This document shows positions 17,317 to 25,075 of a DNA stretch of 64,000 nucleotides, in pieces. The position numbers were made by a program, and so were the translations under genes. Origin of the DNA: Acidobacteriota bacterium (GTDB lineage Bacteria; Actinomycetota; Acidimicrobiia; ATN3); assembly GCA_003577105.1 (NCBI GenBank), contig QEUQ01000011.1:9918-73917 (forward strand), in the 5' to 3' direction. The first letter of the stretch is position 1, and every line of letters starts with the position of its first letter. The notes under the pieces were generated by a model. It searched no databases, was not told the DNA's origin, and was given only the letters and a program-made list of their open reading frames with translations.

Positions 17317-17428
17317 GTGTATCTGAGCGGCGGTTTCCGGTGCTTACATCACAGTAAGCGGTTAATCCCGCGGAAGGCTCCGCTCCGTAAGGAGCGTCCT
17401 GAGCGCCTCCCAGTGGGGCGCTCTTTTT
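17317..17428 (+). ncRNA. tracrRNA: tracrRNA (anti-repeat, nexus-like stem, GNRA hairpin, intrinsic terminator)
   Basis: 17317-17332 GTGTATCTGAGCGGCG is perfectly complementary to repeat positions 20-35. 17333-17358 has bulged complementarity to the repeat 5' part. Then come GCGG-ttaatc-CCGC, GCTCC-GTAA-GGAGC, and GAGCGCCTCCCAGTGGGGCGCTC followed by TTTTT. Confidence 0.8.
17401..17428 (+). terminator. Rho-independent terminator of the tracrRNA
   Basis: GC-rich stem GAGCGCC..GGCGCTC with a short loop, followed by T5 at 17424-17428. Confidence 0.75.
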
Positions 17429-17897
17429 ATTCCCGCTTGGAGCGGGGCTAACGCACGCAGGCGTTCTTGTTGAGAGACCAGACGGGTGTGAAGAGTACCC
17501 GCGGTCTCCGTACTCTGACTTCAGACTGGCAGTGCCAAGTCCCAGCATTTCTTCCCCCAGAGTTCCCGCTCCGAATGATTGCCACTCGCAATTCGTGCTC
17601 GTGGCTACATGGAAACGCCGTGCTTGAAACTAGCATGATTCGAGTGCGCCAGGTCGGGTGTTCTCAATTTGCGCGGAATCTCTAAGAACCACGTTACATC
17701 AGCTTCGATAGCGGCGAGCCCTCACGTGGCGAGCAAGTTGCCGATCGCGCTCCAGCCGACCCTTCCAAACTTCTGCGACGATCGTGTCAGCGTCAACTGA
17801 GTGGTTTGGGAGTCTACAGAGCAGTTCACGGTTGGGCGCGGCTGCAGCCGAATGAGCGGCCTGCCGCTGTCTATCGGCGCGAACTGGCCTGTCGCCC

Positions 17898-18116
17898 CTA
17901 TCCGGTCCCATGCCACCAAGTGTGCTTTCGATCCTCAGCCCGGCGGACGTCCCCAACGTCGAACACTGCAGGCAGCACCATGCCGTCGGACAGCCGGCGA
18001 ACTCTGCGCCCGACTATGCGGCCGGCTTCATCTCGTTCCTCGGATTCGAGGGCAAAGCCGCCGCTCCATGAGCCATCGAAGCGGCTGCGCACCTCGACTT
18101 TGGTCCCGACTCTCAT
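17898..18116 (-). CDS. Hypothetical small protein (72 aa)
   Basis: ORF MRVGTKVEVRSRFDGSWSGGFALESEE... with vaguely SH3/Tudor-like small beta-protein character. No motif I can name; coding status is uncertain. Confidence 0.3.
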   Translation of the reverse strand: MRVGTKVEVRSRFDGSWSGGFALESEERDEAGRIVGRRVRRLSDGMVLPAVFDVGDVRRAEDRKHTWWHGTG

Positions 18117-18188
18117 GATCCTCCACGGAACTCAGGGCTGTGAGCGGCGCGCACATCGTACCGAAAGACCGATCGAGCGACGACTCGA

Positions 18189-18935
18189 TTGGTAGTCTCG
18201 GGCATGGCTCTGCGCGCATCCAAGCGAAAGAACGTCGTCGTACGTGGCGACAAGAAGATCCGACTCCCAGATGTGCCAACTCTCAAGATTGAGCAGGAGT
18301 ACTGGGCGAGCGGGATCAGACACGTTGCCGGACTCGATGAGGTAGGTCGTGGCGCCCTCGCCGGCCCGGTCACGGTTGGGGCGTGCGTCTTTGCGGCAGG
18401 CGAGCGCATGTACAAGATCCGGGATTCGAAACTTCTCGATGCGGCGCGCCGAGAGGAGCTGGTGCCCAAGATCGAGGAGCGCTCAGTGGCGTGCGGGGTA
18501 GGTCACGCATCCGAGGGTGAGATTGACGAGTTCGGGATCGTTGGAGCACTCGGCCTGGCAGCGAGGCGTGCACTCGAGTCCATTGAGGGCGTTGAGATCG
18601 ACGTGATTCTGCTCGATGGCAACTCCGATTACCTAGGGGATGAGCGGGTCAAGCCGGTGGTATACGGCGATTCTTTGAGTGTCACGATCGCCGCGGCATC
18701 GATTCTTGCAAAGGTTGAGCGGGATTCTCTGATGACGGCCTTTGGCGAGCAGTACCCGGAATATGGGTTCGAGGGGCACAAGGGATATTCGAGTGCGGAG
18801 CATCTTGAGGTGCTGCGTCGCGTTGGGCCGGCGCCGATCCACCGGAAGTCATTCGCACCGGTGGCGGAGGTGCTGGGCAAGACGCGTTACGAGGTCAAGG
18901 TTGAGTCGACTGGGCAGCTGAGCCTCTCGGGGTAA
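18189..18935 (+). CDS. rnhB: Ribonuclease HII
   Basis: AGLDEVGRGALAGPV active-site motif, DSKLL, ASILAKV.RD and GYSS.EH motifs. The start could be slightly downstream. Confidence 0.88.
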   Translation: MVVSGMALRASKRKNVVVRGDKKIRLPDVPTLKIEQEYWASGIRHVAGLDEVGRGALAGPVTVGACVFAAGERMYKIRDSKLLDAARREELVPKIEERSVACGVGHASEGEIDEFGIVGALGLAARRALESIEGVEIDVILLDGNSDYLGDERVKPVVYGDSLSVTIAAASILAKVERDSLMTAFGEQYPEYGFEGHKGYSSAEHLEVLRRVGPAPIHRKSFAPVAEVLGKTRYEVKVESTGQLSLSG

Positions 18936-18973
18936 TGGGCCGGTGGTGCTCGGCAGCTGAGCCTCTCGGGGTA
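18911..18973. repeat. Tandem duplication of the rnhB 3' end
   Basis: GGCAGCTGAGCCTCTCGGGGTAA occurs at 18911-18933 (containing the rnhB stop) and again at 18951-18973. Further GGG(G/A)TAGCGGGC-like copies follow up to about 19055. Confidence 0.8.
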
Positions 18974-19126
18974 ACGGCGTGCTGCCGATCGGGGTAGCGG
19001 GCTGGCTGTGGCGGCACTGCGGCCGCTGCCTCGCTCTGGGATAGCGGGCCGGGCCCAGCAGGCCGGTATCATCGGCTACTCACAAGCGATTCGAACCTCA
19101 ATATTTCCCCCGGGAGGAGTCAGTAG

Positions 19127-19432
19127 ATGGGCCAGAACGTTGCCGTGGCTGTGAGTGAAACTCTTGATCCAGATGTTCGCCGGTTCTCGACCGATCGTTG
19201 GCTCACGGGCATGGGCGGGCGCCTCTATTTCGATCCGGAAATAGCTCCTGACGGAGCCCCCAAGATTCCCGTCGGCGGGTATGAGTCGAAGATATTCGAG
19301 CTCGGGGGAATCAAGTCTCTCTATATATATGGGAGCGAGCTGACGATCACCAAGGGTGACGAAGCTTCGTGGGATGACCTCGCCCCGCGCATCCAAGAGA
19401 TTCTTGCGGGCGCATTTCGCCACTACCCGTAA
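19127..19432 (+). CDS. NifU/Nfu N-terminal-domain-like small protein
   Basis: 101 aa. GIKSLYIYGSELTITKGDEASWDDLAPRIQEIL resembles the Nfu_N pattern (...itvtk....W..l.p.i...i). Preferred over the antisense ORF 19076..19450. Confidence 0.45.
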   Translation: MGQNVAVAVSETLDPDVRRFSTDRWLTGMGGRLYFDPEIAPDGAPKIPVGGYESKIFELGGIKSLYIYGSELTITKGDEASWDDLAPRIQEILAGAFRHYP

Positions 19433-19558
19433 CCTTTTCTTCCCTCGCACCGGTTGAAGCGGTGTGATGGATGAATCGGTTGAAACATATGCAGGCCATG
19501 CATCGGAGGTGGGACCGTCAGTTCTGCCCGTGACTACCGCAGGCTCGACGACCTCGCA

Positions 19559-20101
19559 TTGGCTGCTCGCTGGGGCAATGAGGCCGCCTTTGCGGAGATT
19601 TTCGAGACCCTCTATCCCAAGGTCTACTCGTTTCTTTGGCGCCGGACGGCACGCCCCGAAGACGTCGAAGAGATCGCTGCAGAGACGTTCGTCTCGGTCT
19701 TCAAGGGGCTCAAGATATTCGAGCCCGCCTATGAAGGCGCCTTTTCAGCATGGGTATTCAGGATTGCGCGCCACCGCCTCATCGATCGGATCCGCAAGGA
19801 CTCCGGTTCTAGAGAGCAGCTCGTCGATCCCGTCGATCTCCATGAGGCCGAGGCAGATCAGGCCGATGAGGTCATTGACCCGGCCGAGTTGCCCTCCGGA
19901 TCTGACTTGGCGGACGCGGTCGCCGCACTTCCGGAAGCTCAAAGATCCTGCATATTGCTGCGCTTCGTCGCCGATATGTCAATCGATCAGGTGGCCGACG
20001 TGATGGAGCGGACCCCCAACGCAATCAAGCAGCTTCAGTTCCGGGCACTGTCAAACCTGAGGCAGGACCCTTCTCTTCGCCAGTTACGAGGTGAATCATG
20101 A
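19559..20101 (+). CDS. ECF-type RNA polymerase sigma factor
   Basis: Region 2 FSAWVFRIARHRLIDRIRK and region 4 HTH SIDQVADVMERTPNAIKQLQFRALSNLR. TTG19559 is the first canonical start, although the upstream in-frame codons also look coding. Confidence 0.8.
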   Translation: MAARWGNEAAFAEIFETLYPKVYSFLWRRTARPEDVEEIAAETFVSVFKGLKIFEPAYEGAFSAWVFRIARHRLIDRIRKDSGSREQLVDPVDLHEAEADQADEVIDPAELPSGSDLADAVAALPEAQRSCILLRFVADMSIDQVADVMERTPNAIKQLQFRALSNLRQDPSLRQLRGES

Positions 20102-20976
20102 GTAGCGATAGTTTCAGGACTTTCGAGCCGGTGGGGCCTGAGTTCAAGGCCGCGCTTGAGGCTCATCCGCCTGAAGGATCTGCCGAGCGAGTCTGGGGGA
20201 AGGTGAGTCAGCAGGTGGATGTGATTTCGGGCCAAAAGGGTGTAGCTGGACCATTGGGTGGCTCGGGTGGCACGGGTGGCTCGGGTGGCTCGGGTGGCAA
20301 GCCTTCAGATTCGAAGATTGTGGTTCTTGTCGCAGCCGCCGCCGCGTTGATCCTCTTGGTGGGTTTGGGTGTCGCAGCTCTGCTGGGCTCGGCGGGATCC
20401 ACCACGGACTCCGAATCGGATTTGCTGGTCGGCGCGAACATCGAGCGGTTGGCGAGTGCCGAGAAGAAGCTTGACGAGGCCGACGAAGCGGTCGGGCATG
20501 GCGAGTTTGGCACCGCTGACGAATTGATCGATGGCTACTCATCTGACATCGAGGAGGTCGAAGCCGCAGCCGAGGGTGACGAGCAAGTTGCCAAGGCCCT
20601 TGACGAAGCGATGCCGCGTCTTGAGGAGAAGTTCAAGGCGTTGGAGGTCAAGGTACCGGAGGCCGCTCGGAAGCGAGGAATCGCTCGCGCTCGTGAGGTT
20701 CATGCTCGTAATGCTGCCAGGAAGGCCGCTCGTGCCCAGGGGAAGCAGAACAAGGGCAGCGACAACGGTGACGACAACGGCCGACCGGCTGGTAAAGGCC
20801 CCGGTGGCGCGAAGGGTAAGGGGGGCAAGGGGGGCAAGGGGCACGACGGAGATGGCGGTTCTGGTAGTTCTGGCAGTTCTGGGTCTGGCTCTGGGTCTGG
20901 CGGTTCAGGGGGTTCGGGCGATTCGGGGGATGGCGGGGAGTCAGGCGGCTCCGGTACCTTCGATCCTGCCGGGTAG
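20098..20976 (+). CDS. Membrane-anchored putative anti-sigma factor with Gly/Ser-rich low-complexity segments
   Basis: ATGA overlap with the sigma gene. Single TM IVVLVAAAAALILLVGLGVAALLG. GSGG repeats before the TM and a GKGG/GSG-rich C-terminus. Confidence 0.5.
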   Translation: MSSDSFRTFEPVGPEFKAALEAHPPEGSAERVWGKVSQQVDVISGQKGVAGPLGGSGGTGGSGGSGGKPSDSKIVVLVAAAAALILLVGLGVAALLGSAGSTTDSESDLLVGANIERLASAEKKLDEADEAVGHGEFGTADELIDGYSSDIEEVEAAAEGDEQVAKALDEAMPRLEEKFKALEVKVPEAARKRGIARAREVHARNAARKAARAQGKQNKGSDNGDDNGRPAGKGPGGAKGKGGKGGKGHDGDGGSGSSGSSGSGSGSGGSGGSGDSGDGGESGGSGTFDPAG

Positions 20977-21075
20977 GAGATAGGCGCGCGGGCGCCGCCA
21001 GGTTCGCCACCGCGTCGGCCACCACCAGTCTTGTCTAGGTAGTTTGCACTATTTACGAAATAGTCGATATTTATG

Positions 21076-21104
21076 TTGACGCGTCCGATATGTGGGGATA
21101 GGAT
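21076..21104 (+). promoter_or_regulatory. Sigma-A type promoter (TTGACG, 17-nt spacer, TAGGAT)
   Basis: -35 TTGACG at 21076-21081, a 17-nt spacer, and -10 TAGGAT at 21099-21104, in an AT-richer stretch upstream of the HNH gene. Confidence 0.5.
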
Positions 21105-21119
21105 CGAACACATGTTCGG
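21104..21119. promoter_or_regulatory. LexA SOS box (actinobacterial type)
   Basis: TCGAACACATGTTCGG compared with the mycobacterial consensus TCGAAC-N4-GTTCGA gives a 15/16 match. It abuts the -10 hexamer. Confidence 0.6.
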
Positions 21120-21276
21120 TTTCCAGAGTCGACTGGGCTGGTGAAGGCGGTCGATTTCGAGAGTCCGAGCGATGCCGGGGGAGCCGGCCGGGGAAGCCAG
21201 CTCGGGCTGGGGAGATTGGGAAATGGGGAAAGGAGAACCCCACGGTTTGCGTACTGCGCACTGTTGGGACGTCGCC

Positions 21277-22374
21277 ATGTTCAACTTCGATTCGTGGTCC
21301 ACAAAGGCTCTGGTGAGCCACATTGGCGGTCTTGACCGCAAGATAGCGCGCCTTGAGGCTGAAAGGGTTGCCGCGATTGGGGCGCTCGACAAGGCCCGTT
21401 CGAATTCAGGGCAGGAATCAGCCGTTTCCCAAGATCTGCTGTCGCGAGAGACTGGGATATCGCGCAGGCGCGCCAAAGAGATGACCGACATGTCAAGGGC
21501 GCTGGGCGAGTTGCCACAAATCGCCGAGGCATTCTCCTTTGGCGAGATCTCATTGGAGGTTGCCCGCCAACTAGTGAAGTTCGCAACACCTGACCGAGAC
21601 GGTGACCTAGCCAACCAGGCCAAGGACTGGTCTGAGGATCACGCCGCGAGTGTCGCCAGAAAAGAGCGGGCGATTTCCGCGCGGGAGGCTCGCAAGTCTC
21701 ATGAAGAGCGAAGTGTGAAGTGGTTCTATGACGAAGACCGCCGCCACATCAACTTCCGAGCCGTACTTCCTGCAGCCGATGGCGAATTGCTCGCAAGTGC
21801 CATAGCCCGGCGAGCTAAGAAGCTCTACGACAAGAATTCGCCTACCCCATACGCTGCGCGATGTGCCGACGCTCTCATGGAGATGGCGTCAGCCGAACCG
21901 GAATCAAAGGGCGCCATCGGCCGAGCAGCGGTAATTCTGGTAGCAGAGGTGGGCGAGATCAGTGCCGCCGCAGGCGCAATCGAGGTCGGCGATGGCTTCT
22001 GCTCCGTTGATGTGGCAAGGCGCCTAATGTGTGACTCGACTATGCAGCTCGTGCTCCGTGATTCCGAGGGCCAGATTGCGGCTCTTGGGGTCAACTCACG
22101 GTCCGTTCCCGAGAAGCTTGCGAGAGTGGTTAGGGCCCGTGACAAGACTTGTCAGTTCCCGGGCTGCGACAAGACAAGGTTTACCGAGATCCATCACGTC
22201 ATTCATGTGGCCGATGGCGGCAAGACGGTCTTACGCAATCTCGCATTGATCTGCTTCGCGCACCATCACTTGATACATGAGGGTGGGTGGCGCTTGGAGG
22301 GATCCATTCCCGGCGGGCTGCGATTCATCAGCCCCGATGGGCGTGTCTATGAAGTGGGAGCTCGCGCGGCCTGA
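21277..22374 (+). CDS. DUF222-type HNH endonuclease (13E12-repeat-family-like)
   Basis: C-terminal CQFPGCD..TEIHHVIHVADGGKT..NLALICFAHHHLIHEGGW HNH motif, with a long helical N-terminal region typical of actinobacterial DUF222 proteins. ATG21277 was chosen. Confidence 0.8.
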   Translation: MFNFDSWSTKALVSHIGGLDRKIARLEAERVAAIGALDKARSNSGQESAVSQDLLSRETGISRRRAKEMTDMSRALGELPQIAEAFSFGEISLEVARQLVKFATPDRDGDLANQAKDWSEDHAASVARKERAISAREARKSHEERSVKWFYDEDRRHINFRAVLPAADGELLASAIARRAKKLYDKNSPTPYAARCADALMEMASAEPESKGAIGRAAVILVAEVGEISAAAGAIEVGDGFCSVDVARRLMCDSTMQLVLRDSEGQIAALGVNSRSVPEKLARVVRARDKTCQFPGCDKTRFTEIHHVIHVADGGKTVLRNLALICFAHHHLIHEGGWRLEGSIPGGLRFISPDGRVYEVGARAA

Positions 22375-22385
22375 CCGCGCGGCTA

Positions 22386-22454
22386 CCCGCGCGCCTGCCC
22401 GTTTTGCTGTCCGCGTAGCTGCCCGCGCGCCTACCCGTTTTGCTGTCCGCGTAG
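22386..22454. repeat. Tandem 36-bp-period repeat between convergent genes
   Basis: CCCGCGCGCCTGCCCGTTTTGCTGTCCGCGTAG (22386-22418) and CCCGCGCGCCTACCCGTTTTGCTGTCCGCGTAG (22422-22454) differ at one position. Confidence 0.85.
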
Positions 22455-22477
22455 GCGTGGGGTTTTTCAGAGCGGGC

Positions 22478-23092
22478 TTAGCCGGATCCGAAGGCTCGGT
22501 TGAGCAGATCCATCGAGACGGGCTCGCGTCCCCACTTGGCCAAGTTGGCAGTGCTGCGGCGTGAAGATTCCGCGCCCGACTTGAACTCACCGATGATTCC
22601 CGGTGGACGAGTGGAGACGAGAACCTTGAAAGGCCTGATCCGAACTTCTCGTCCGCGAGCCTGTGCGTCGCCGTAGATCACGACCTGCTTGAAGCTCTCG
22701 TATCCGCGGCCGTGCTGGTGCGCGCAAAGACAGACCTTGGTCGAGCTGGCGGGAAAGCTGTCATTGGGGAGCCGCACTGCGACGAGGCCGGCTCCAGTCG
22801 CCTCGATTGTCACCGGCATGGTGACGAACCGGCCGTTTGAGTCAGTACTGGTGAGGACCACACGGTCAACGGAGCGCAAGATCCGCCTTGCCCGACGCCT
22901 CAGGGGGCCAGCGAGATGAGCTGAGGATGAGCGGTCTTCGTGCGCTGAGGGGCCTGGGTGCGCGGCGGGGGCCGGATGCGCTGAGGGGCCCGGATGCGCT
23001 GAGGGACCCGGGTGCGCGGCGGGGCCTGGGTGCGCTGCTGGCGCTGAGGGTCCTTGCGGGACCGAGGGGCTTCGGTGGCCTTCTAGCGGCAT
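22478..23092 (-). CDS. Split-barrel (PPOX-like) flavin/F420-binding protein with an optional repeat-rich N-terminus
   Basis: The C-terminal 130 aa resemble pyridoxamine-phosphate-oxidase-like barrels. The N-terminal 60 aa consist of AHPGP(S/A) repeats encoded by 18-bp tandem repeats. An internal TTG near 22891 would skip the repeats. Confidence 0.4.
   Translation of the reverse strand: MPLEGHRSPSVPQGPSAPAAHPGPAAHPGPSAHPGPSAHPAPAAHPGPSAHEDRSSSAHLAGPLRRRARRILRSVDRVVLTSTDSNGRFVTMPVTIEATGAGLVAVRLPNDSFPASSTKVCLCAHQHGRGYESFKQVVIYGDAQARGREVRIRPFKVLVSTRPPGIIGEFKSGAESSRRSTANLAKWGREPVSMDLLNRAFGSG
22942..23049. repeat. 18-bp tandem repeats (about 6 units) in the 5' part of ORF 22478..23092
   Basis: Units GCGCTGAGGGGCCTGGGT, GCGCGGCGGGGGCCGGAT, GCGCTGAGGGGCCCGGAT, GCGCTGAGGGACCCGGGT and GCGCGGCGGGGCCTGGGT read consecutively from 22942. 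Confidence 0.85.
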
Positions 23093-23583
23093 TCGAAGAC
23101 CTCGGGTTCATCGCCGCATTCCGGGTCTCGCCACGCGAGAACGCGCTCAGGCGTGATTGTGATAATCACCCGAGTCAAGTAGCCCTGATAGAGCTTGCGC
23201 CACCGGGGATTCCGCATGCGCCGCTTGAGCCCGGGCTGGATCTCGGTGAGCGACGGATAGCGGGCGAGAGACATCAAGTTCATATCGAAGTCTCGGTCAT
23301 CCGCTTCGGCCCGGCCTTGTATATGGACTGCACCCGCCCCGGAGTCCGATGAAGACACGGTGTATCCCATGGTGATTCCGACTCGGGGATCCCGGCGAAT
23401 ATTGGCGGCCTTGGCCGGAAAGCCAACCGACGTCGTCGTCACAAGTATGCCTGCGGGTCGATCAAAGGCCACCGCGACCGGAAATGTCGACGGGTATCCG
23501 GACTTGGCTGCGGTAGTTAGTTCACCCGTGGTGTATGCGTCGATCGAGTCGAGCACCCATTCGGGCAAGTTCAGTTCGGCCAT
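23083..23583 (-). CDS. Pyridoxamine 5'-phosphate oxidase family (F420/FMN split-barrel) protein
   Basis: 166 aa. YPSTFPVAVAFD..ILVTTTSVGFPAKAANIRRDPRVGITM is typical of PPOX-class proteins. Confidence 0.6.
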   Translation of the reverse strand: MAELNLPEWVLDSIDAYTTGELTTAAKSGYPSTFPVAVAFDRPAGILVTTTSVGFPAKAANIRRDPRVGITMGYTVSSSDSGAGAVHIQGRAEADDRDFDMNLMSLARYPSLTEIQPGLKRRMRNPRWRKLYQGYLTRVIITITPERVLAWRDPECGDEPEVFECR

Positions 23584-25058
23584 CTCCCAGCTGCTCCCCG
23601 CAAAGTCCCACTCACGTCATCGAGCATTTCGAGTGACGTGACCGCCTCAATCATCTCGGATGCGCGCTCCCCGCTGCCTGAAAAAGCTACGCCTTCGGCG
23701 AGTTTGGACTCGACAAGTCGGCGAGTTTCATCTCCTGGTCGTCCCGCACCGCCGAGAGGAATCTCGGACAGCTCAGTGAACTTCCTTCCGTCAGACGTCG
23801 TGAGTGTGACGCGTGCGGGAAAGCGGCACTCGTAGCGCGAGAAATCTTCCCCGGTGAGCGCGTCGTCCGGCTTTCGAAGAATCTTGCGCAAGTCAAACGC
23901 CGAGCCCTCAGGGGAGATCGCATCAGTCATCTCTCGCGATGTATCGATGCGCCACTTCTTCGCGAGCGACAAGATTTGATCCTCACGTTCGAGATAGAAG
24001 CCGGGTTCGAACTCAGCCGGAGTCAGGCGCCCCGCGAGGATCGCGACCGACCCCGAGAGGGCAACCGAGAAGTTCACATTCATCGGCGAGATGTGCTCAC
24101 CCCGATACCAGCCCGACATGGTTTCCATGCCCGCGGTCAGCATTCCGGCTTCTACGGCAATTCCGTCAATGTCGTCAGCTTCAAGTGCTTTGCCTTCCGA
24201 GCTTTCGAAGTCGCTCATGATCGAGAACAGTGCGTCGATTGCGGTGTCGATGTAGGCGCATCCGGGATAGATCTTGTAGCTAAGTGAGCTGGTGAGCCAC
24301 GCCTCACCAAATCCAGAAAACATTTTCGCCATGGCGTCTGGGTGGAACCGTGCCCAGAAGCCGCCTCGGTCTTCGAGAATTCCCCGGGCACCGTTGAGTC
24401 CTTCGGCAGCCAGGACCGCAGCGTGCGCTCCGTCGACCGCAGGCTGCGCAGCAATCAGGGCCTTGGCGTCAGAGCCCATGAAGGTCGCCACTAGCGGGTA
24501 GTTGGGTTGGCTGAAGGCAAGGCCAATTGCTGATTCGATGCCACCTGCGTCAAGACCAAGCAGCTTCGCCCCGGCTGCGCTTGCGCCTATCAGGTGGATG
24601 TAGCTCCACATCTGCCCGTTGTGAGGTCCGAAGAGCATCGATGCCCCTAGGCGGCCACCAAGTTCGTTCGCGACCACCGCCGCCGTGATGAAATCTTGCC
24701 CGCTCACCGCTGTGCCTTCGGAGTGAAGCAAGTCGGCTACAGCAAGTGCGCCCAGAATTGCGGAATGCCCCGTGTGCCCGGCAAAAAGGTAGTCATCGAA
24801 GTCGTGGACCACCGAAGCAGCTGTCTCTATGAGAAGCCTGTCGCTCATGGATGCGAGTTCAGAATCACCACTGCCGGCTCCCCACCGCGCTGCTGCCCGT
24901 CGATAGGCTCGAATCTTCGAGCTGGCCAGACCGGAGAAGGTCGCCCCGAGAACCGATGCAGCCTGAAGCTTGGTCTTCTCGACCACGTGAGGTGGCAGGT
25001 CTTCAAATGTGACTTGGGCCGCCCATTCCGACGCGATGCGAGTGGGGTTCTGAGGCAT
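23571..25058 (-). CDS. MmgE/PrpD family protein (2-methylcitrate dehydratase-like)
   Basis: 495 aa. N-terminal FEDLPPHVVEKTKLQAASVLGATFSG and HSAILGALAVADLL patterns are characteristic of PrpD-family proteins. Confidence 0.7.
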   Translation of the reverse strand: MPQNPTRIASEWAAQVTFEDLPPHVVEKTKLQAASVLGATFSGLASSKIRAYRRAAARWGAGSGDSELASMSDRLLIETAASVVHDFDDYLFAGHTGHSAILGALAVADLLHSEGTAVSGQDFITAAVVANELGGRLGASMLFGPHNGQMWSYIHLIGASAAGAKLLGLDAGGIESAIGLAFSQPNYPLVATFMGSDAKALIAAQPAVDGAHAAVLAAEGLNGARGILEDRGGFWARFHPDAMAKMFSGFGEAWLTSSLSYKIYPGCAYIDTAIDALFSIMSDFESSEGKALEADDIDGIAVEAGMLTAGMETMSGWYRGEHISPMNVNFSVALSGSVAILAGRLTPAEFEPGFYLEREDQILSLAKKWRIDTSREMTDAISPEGSAFDLRKILRKPDDALTGEDFSRYECRFPARVTLTTSDGRKFTELSEIPLGGAGRPGDETRRLVESKLAEGVAFSGSGERASEMIEAVTSLEMLDDVSGTLRGAAGRWPN

Positions 25059-25075
25059 CAGGACTCCCTAATAAT

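Noticed and set aside
17259-17358. Alternative model: tracrRNA encoded on the minus strand, with the array transcribed in the same direction as the cas genes
   Set aside because: A minus-strand RNA starting at the repeat-like segment would run straight into the cas9 SD and start codon with no hairpins or terminator. The plus strand has a promoter, a nexus-like stem, hairpins and a T5 terminator.
17699-17956. 85-aa minus-strand ORF that might join the 72-aa ORF (17898..18116) as a frameshifted gene
   Set aside because: I could not find any recognisable protein pattern across the junction. It is kept only as part of the non-coding gap observation.
19076-19450. 124-aa minus-strand ORF overlapping the Nfu-like gene
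   Set aside because: The plus-strand frame has a recognisable Nfu_N-like pattern and a sensible start. The minus-strand product has no motif. I consider the call low-confidence either way.
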